Shown here piece by piece: positions 59,824 through 64,000 of a stretch of DNA of 64,000 bases. Source of the DNA: Phoronis australis. Lineage: Eukaryota > Animalia > Phoronida. The notes below the pieces were generated by a model. It had not been told where the DNA came from. It made no database searches and worked only from the letters and a program-made list of their open reading frames with translations. The DNA is taken from NCBI GenBank assembly GCA_002633005.1, contig NMRA01000041.1, positions 100,819-164,818 on the forward strand. Reading direction: 5' to 3'. How positions within the stretch are numbered: position 1 is the first letter of the stretch; each line of letters starts with the position of its first letter. A program made the position numbers and the translations under genes.

Positions 59824-62800
59824 AGGGGAATGCCACTCGATATATTTAGTCTTTTTTACCGTCTTAATCGGTCTATATCCATATCGCCTCCTATACGATC
59901 GACCTCACCTTGCCGAGAGGTGTCGCGTTAACCTGTGAGGAAGATGAGAGACGCAGCGACATCAGTGGTTCGTCTGCAGAGTGAATGCCGCTATATTGCG
60001 GTGCATCGTTCCCGCTTGTCTGAACTATGAAGCTGCGAAGAAAGCGGATATATTATTTTTTCGACTACCTCGAGAGCCCGAAATGCTTAGGAAGTGGCTC
60101 GCGGTAGCGAAGAATGAAAGGTAAGCTGTAAAGAGCAAGTATGAGACCGTGAAACATCTCCTTGTCTGTGCCGGGCCGGCATTTCGTCCACTGTCTGACT
60201 GTGATTTCTCTGACGAATTCCGGCTTACCAAACAACTGTCCATACGTTCCGTTGCCTGTGCATGATCACGGCGCCTCTCTAGTATTTCTTGATCAGTGTA
60301 TTCCGGTTCGAACTGAAAGCCTGTGAAACCTAACGATCCTACCTGTGAAGTCTTCGTCGGATGAGCTCTTGATTAAGTCGGGATTGGTGCCGGGCGAGTT
60401 GCCATGTTGACGTTTGTTATTCTGCGTTCTGTTTCAAAATGAATCTCATCCTAACCAATGCTTATATGAAACTGAAACAAAGTCTGCCTCATTAGATACA
60501 ATTTGTAATGCTTTGGAGTGCTCGTGAGTGCCATACGAAAATATTAAATAGGATCCTATAGGAATTCCTATAGGATAAGATTTCCTATAGGAATTCCTAT
60601 AGAAATTCCTATAAGAATTCCTATAGGTCAGTATAGGAATATCGATTTCCTATAGGATTCCTATAGGATCAAGATATCCTGTAGGAATTCCTAATGAAAA
60701 AATCCTATAGGAATTTAATCACAAATCTGATTTCTAAGCATTTTAACAAACAAATAGCCTAAGACTATATAGTAAAATATCGATTTGTTTTTATTTAATT
60801 TCAGCTCTTCTGAATCATTAATTTTTGTAAATTTTAATATTCAGGCGAGTCTTAAAACATGTATGTTAATTGAACTTCCTATAGAATCCTATTAAACTGC
60901 CTACTGGATATATTTAAGTTTTATACGAATTACTATAGGGTTTCTCATAGGATATCCCAAAGGATTTCTATAGGCTTTCCTATTGGATGCTTTAGGAAAT
61001 CTTATAGGATCCTATTGGATTTCCTATAGGATCCAATAGAAAATCCTATGATTGCTATAGAAAATTCCTATAGGATTCCTATAGGAAATCCTATGGAAAA
61101 TTCCTATAGGATTCCTGTAGGAAATCCTATAGGATCCAATAGGAAATCCTATAAGATTTTCTATAGGAATCTTGTAGGATTTCCTATAAAAATCCTATAG
61201 GAAATCCTATAGGATTCAATAGGAAATCCTATAGAAATATCCTATAGGATTCCTTTAAGAAATTCTATAGGATTCCTATAAGAAATCCTATAGGATTCCT
61301 GTAGGAAATCCTATAGGATCCACTAAGAAATCCTATAAGATTTCCTATAGGAATCTTATAGGATTTCCTATAAAAATCCTATAGGAAATCGTATAGGATC
61401 CAATAGGAAATCCTATAGAAAATACCTAAAGGATTCCTATTGGATCCTATACGATTTCCTACAGGAATCCTATAGCATTTATATAATAAGTTACTTGAAC
61501 ATATTTCGAAAAAGCAAAAAAAGAACACACAGGTCTTTTGTAGCCCCATTTTAGTACACCATTTGTAACACATATACATGTAGATATCCTGCTGTAGACC
61601 TTGTTCAAGAACAGAGTAGACTGTTGAACAAGAACTTTGAGGTTACCTGTGTTTCAGTTGAATTTCTTTTGTTGAAAACACTGTTTCTTTGTTGTATTAT
61701 GTATGCATTGAAAATGTTATGCTGGGAAATCCTGCTAATGGATTTCTTAAAAGTCTCATAAGTATTTGTATAGGGTTTCCTATAAGATATCCTAAAGGAA
61801 TTCTATAGGATCTAATAAGATTCCTATACGATATTGGGCGAAAATCCAATTGGATTCCTATTGGATCCTATAGGATATCCTATAGAATTTCCTATAGGAT
61901 TCCAATAGGATATTGGGCCAAAATCCAATTGGATTCCTATTGGATCCTATTGGAATTCCTATTGGAATTCCTATTGGAATTCCTATTGGAATTGTTCGTA
62001 AGGGATGGCAATGTTTTGAGAAGCCAGCAATGAATAAACCTCTGCGTTACCCGGCGGCTTTTGATGCCGCGCACGCGTGAACGCATGCTAATTCAGTGTT
62101 TGCTGACAGAAAGCTGTTGTGAAACAATTACTCGATTTTATATGCTATGGTCACATGCTAGGGGAATCTTTATTCAAAAATACAAATGCATTATTCAAAT
62201 CATTATTACTGCACAACCTTTGCCCTGACGGTCTGTGGAAGGGGAACCCGACTTCGCGGCCCCCGAGGTAAGTAGATTTTCAGTTTCGTGGCTAATTCCG
62301 ACACATAAATAATTGCGTGCGCATTATTGCTTTGGCTCGCTATTATAAGCTTTTCGTGACGGGAGGCTTAGTTTCCAACTCAAGCTGGTTTATGTTCGTA
62401 CCAGTCCCGGCGGCCGCGACGGGCCTGTCGGGTTCCGAGCCACGGCCGGGCCGATAACGAGTCAGTCCGGTCGCGACGGGCCTGATCGGGTTACGAACTC
62501 ACAAACATCACAAGTATGAACAAAACAGATCTAGATTCTCCTGTCTGTATTTCACGGAAGAACACTTCGAATTTATCTCCGAACAGACCCCAAATTCCTG
62601 CTACGGACCTTGGTAAATTGGCCTGCCGAACTTAATTTGTAGGCTGCGGTGTGTCCAAATACCAGTAAATCCGTAACAGCGAAATAAAACAACACGTTTT
62701 TACAAGAACTCGGTGTATTTTTAAGGGTTTTGCATCGAAGTTTTATGACTTATTGGTGTTAAACAATGAATTCAAGCGATAAGCCGACACCACTAACCCG

Positions 62801-62975
62801 TGTTGTGAACTGCTGAACAGACGGCGTGTGAAACCAATTACGTCATTGGATAATTTCAACACTTACCTCCGTTTGCCGTCAGGTGTCAGATAACGCAACC
62901 GAACCTGCCGTTATCGAGTAGAACTACTCATCTAGATTGATACAAAATAGGTTGTTTTTTGGGTGGCATTTTCCT
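59824..62975. mobile_element. Kolobok-like DNA transposon remnant
   Basis: TTAA at 59820-59823 and 62976-62979; TIR AGG(G/A)(G/A)AATGCCAC; internal decayed GFQFEPEY motif (minus strand, ~60300-60325). Confidence 0.6.
60530..62003. mobile_element. Element with CCCTTACGAA-like termini built from a palindromic 12-mer satellite (ATAGGAATTCCT), nested in the Kolobok-like element
   Basis: Ends gCCATACGAAAA and TTCGTAAGGG; dozens of CCTATAGG/GGAATTCC units; partial inverted copy at 53340-53811. Confidence 0.7.
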
Positions 62976-64000
62976 TTAAAATTTGGACAAGAATTTTTTT
63001 TGTTTCCTCTTGACATGTTGAAAAACATTAACAAAGTTTACTGGACTACTTGTTCATCAACGATAAGTTAAAACTTTGAACTAAATATTGGTGTAAGTCA
63101 CAAATTTTGCGTAATTCGTCTTCCACTAGCAAAAGCTTATGATCTACAGGCGCTGCGAAAATTGACGCTATGATGTTGGCTAAGCGCTGTTTTCTTCATT
63201 GTCTATTATTAGGAGATTCGATTTATTTTTTGCGGCAGAATTGTTTCAACAGCTGAGTGATAAACTCCCAAGGCATTTGATTGTGAACACTATGAACTAA
63301 ATATAACATGAAACAACAAAAAACACAGCATGTCTGAGGGTACACTGTTTGGCTGATAGTCCGACAAAGAATGTCTTCAACTATACATTATTTTCTAAAC
63401 TCGCGTGTTTTATGCTTTATGTATCCCCGCAGACAGCAAATGCAGACCAGCAGGAATTAATAAAGGTATTTAAGTTATCGAATGACACAACTTTAATTCG
63501 ACCATTAATCAACTTTGCGCAATTGCCTCCGCTCCCCTCCCTCCCATTACCCAGATGTCGCCAATTTTATACCTACCCCTTCGCCTGCGCGCCACAGGCT
63601 GCAGATCGGATTCGATCAAGCAATGTCACATGAATAGCTCGAAATCTGTTTTGGTTGAAATCGTAAGCACAATGGCGTTTTGACGTTTTTTTATGGAGCC
63701 GTAACTCCACTACCTCTGTGAGGTATTTTGTGCCATTTGTTTTTCTCTATGACTTAAAGTTTTGAAATTCGAGTTATTCTAGATTATCCAGTAGCTGCTT
63801 TCCAATAGATTTTTGCGCTTCCCTCAACACATTTGTTTGAAATTTGGTATGTGGTTTGCTGCATTCCGGACATTCCTCCGGACTGCAGTTCAAGTCGCCA
63901 TCTGTCCGACGAACATTAGCGGCTGTAGGACAAAACACGTTCAACTACAATGTGCATTTTAAATGGCCAAGAGGTGTTGTTGTGGTGTGTGTGATTCAGA

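Noticed and set aside
60549-61990. CRISPR-like palindromic repeat array
   Set aside because: No unique spacers, no cas genes and a eukaryotic context. It is a contiguous degenerate satellite.

Overview
Intron-rich, AT-rich animal genomic DNA. The gene and repeat style suggests a marine invertebrate, possibly lophotrochozoan, but that is inference only. Three complete multi-exon genes were reconstructed by hand, with GT-AG junctions and consistent phases. (1) NRBP1/Madm pseudokinase, minus strand, 14 coding exons, 19481->3211, 506 aa. (2) PPM1G (PP2C-gamma), plus strand, 10 coding exons, 20126->30597, 592 aa, head-to-head with NRBP and only 644 bp between the start codons. (3) Mitochondrial L-threonine 3-dehydrogenase (TDH, SDR family), minus strand, 8 coding exons, 43562->34791, 359 aa, tail-to-tail with PPM1G. 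The most notable feature is that the 71-nt TDH exon 3 is present twice inside a ~0.8 kb tandem duplication separated by a Helentron-associated (HINE-like) element. Exactly one copy must be spliced in, so this is either a nascent mutually exclusive exon pair or a haplotype/assembly artefact. Introns and the region beyond ~44 kb contain many non-autonomous DNA elements: HINE-like repeats carrying CTCF-like motifs, Kolobok-like TTAA elements, MITEs, a nested LINE 3' end and a palindromic 12-mer satellite element. No prokaryotic-type system (CRISPR, operon) is present.
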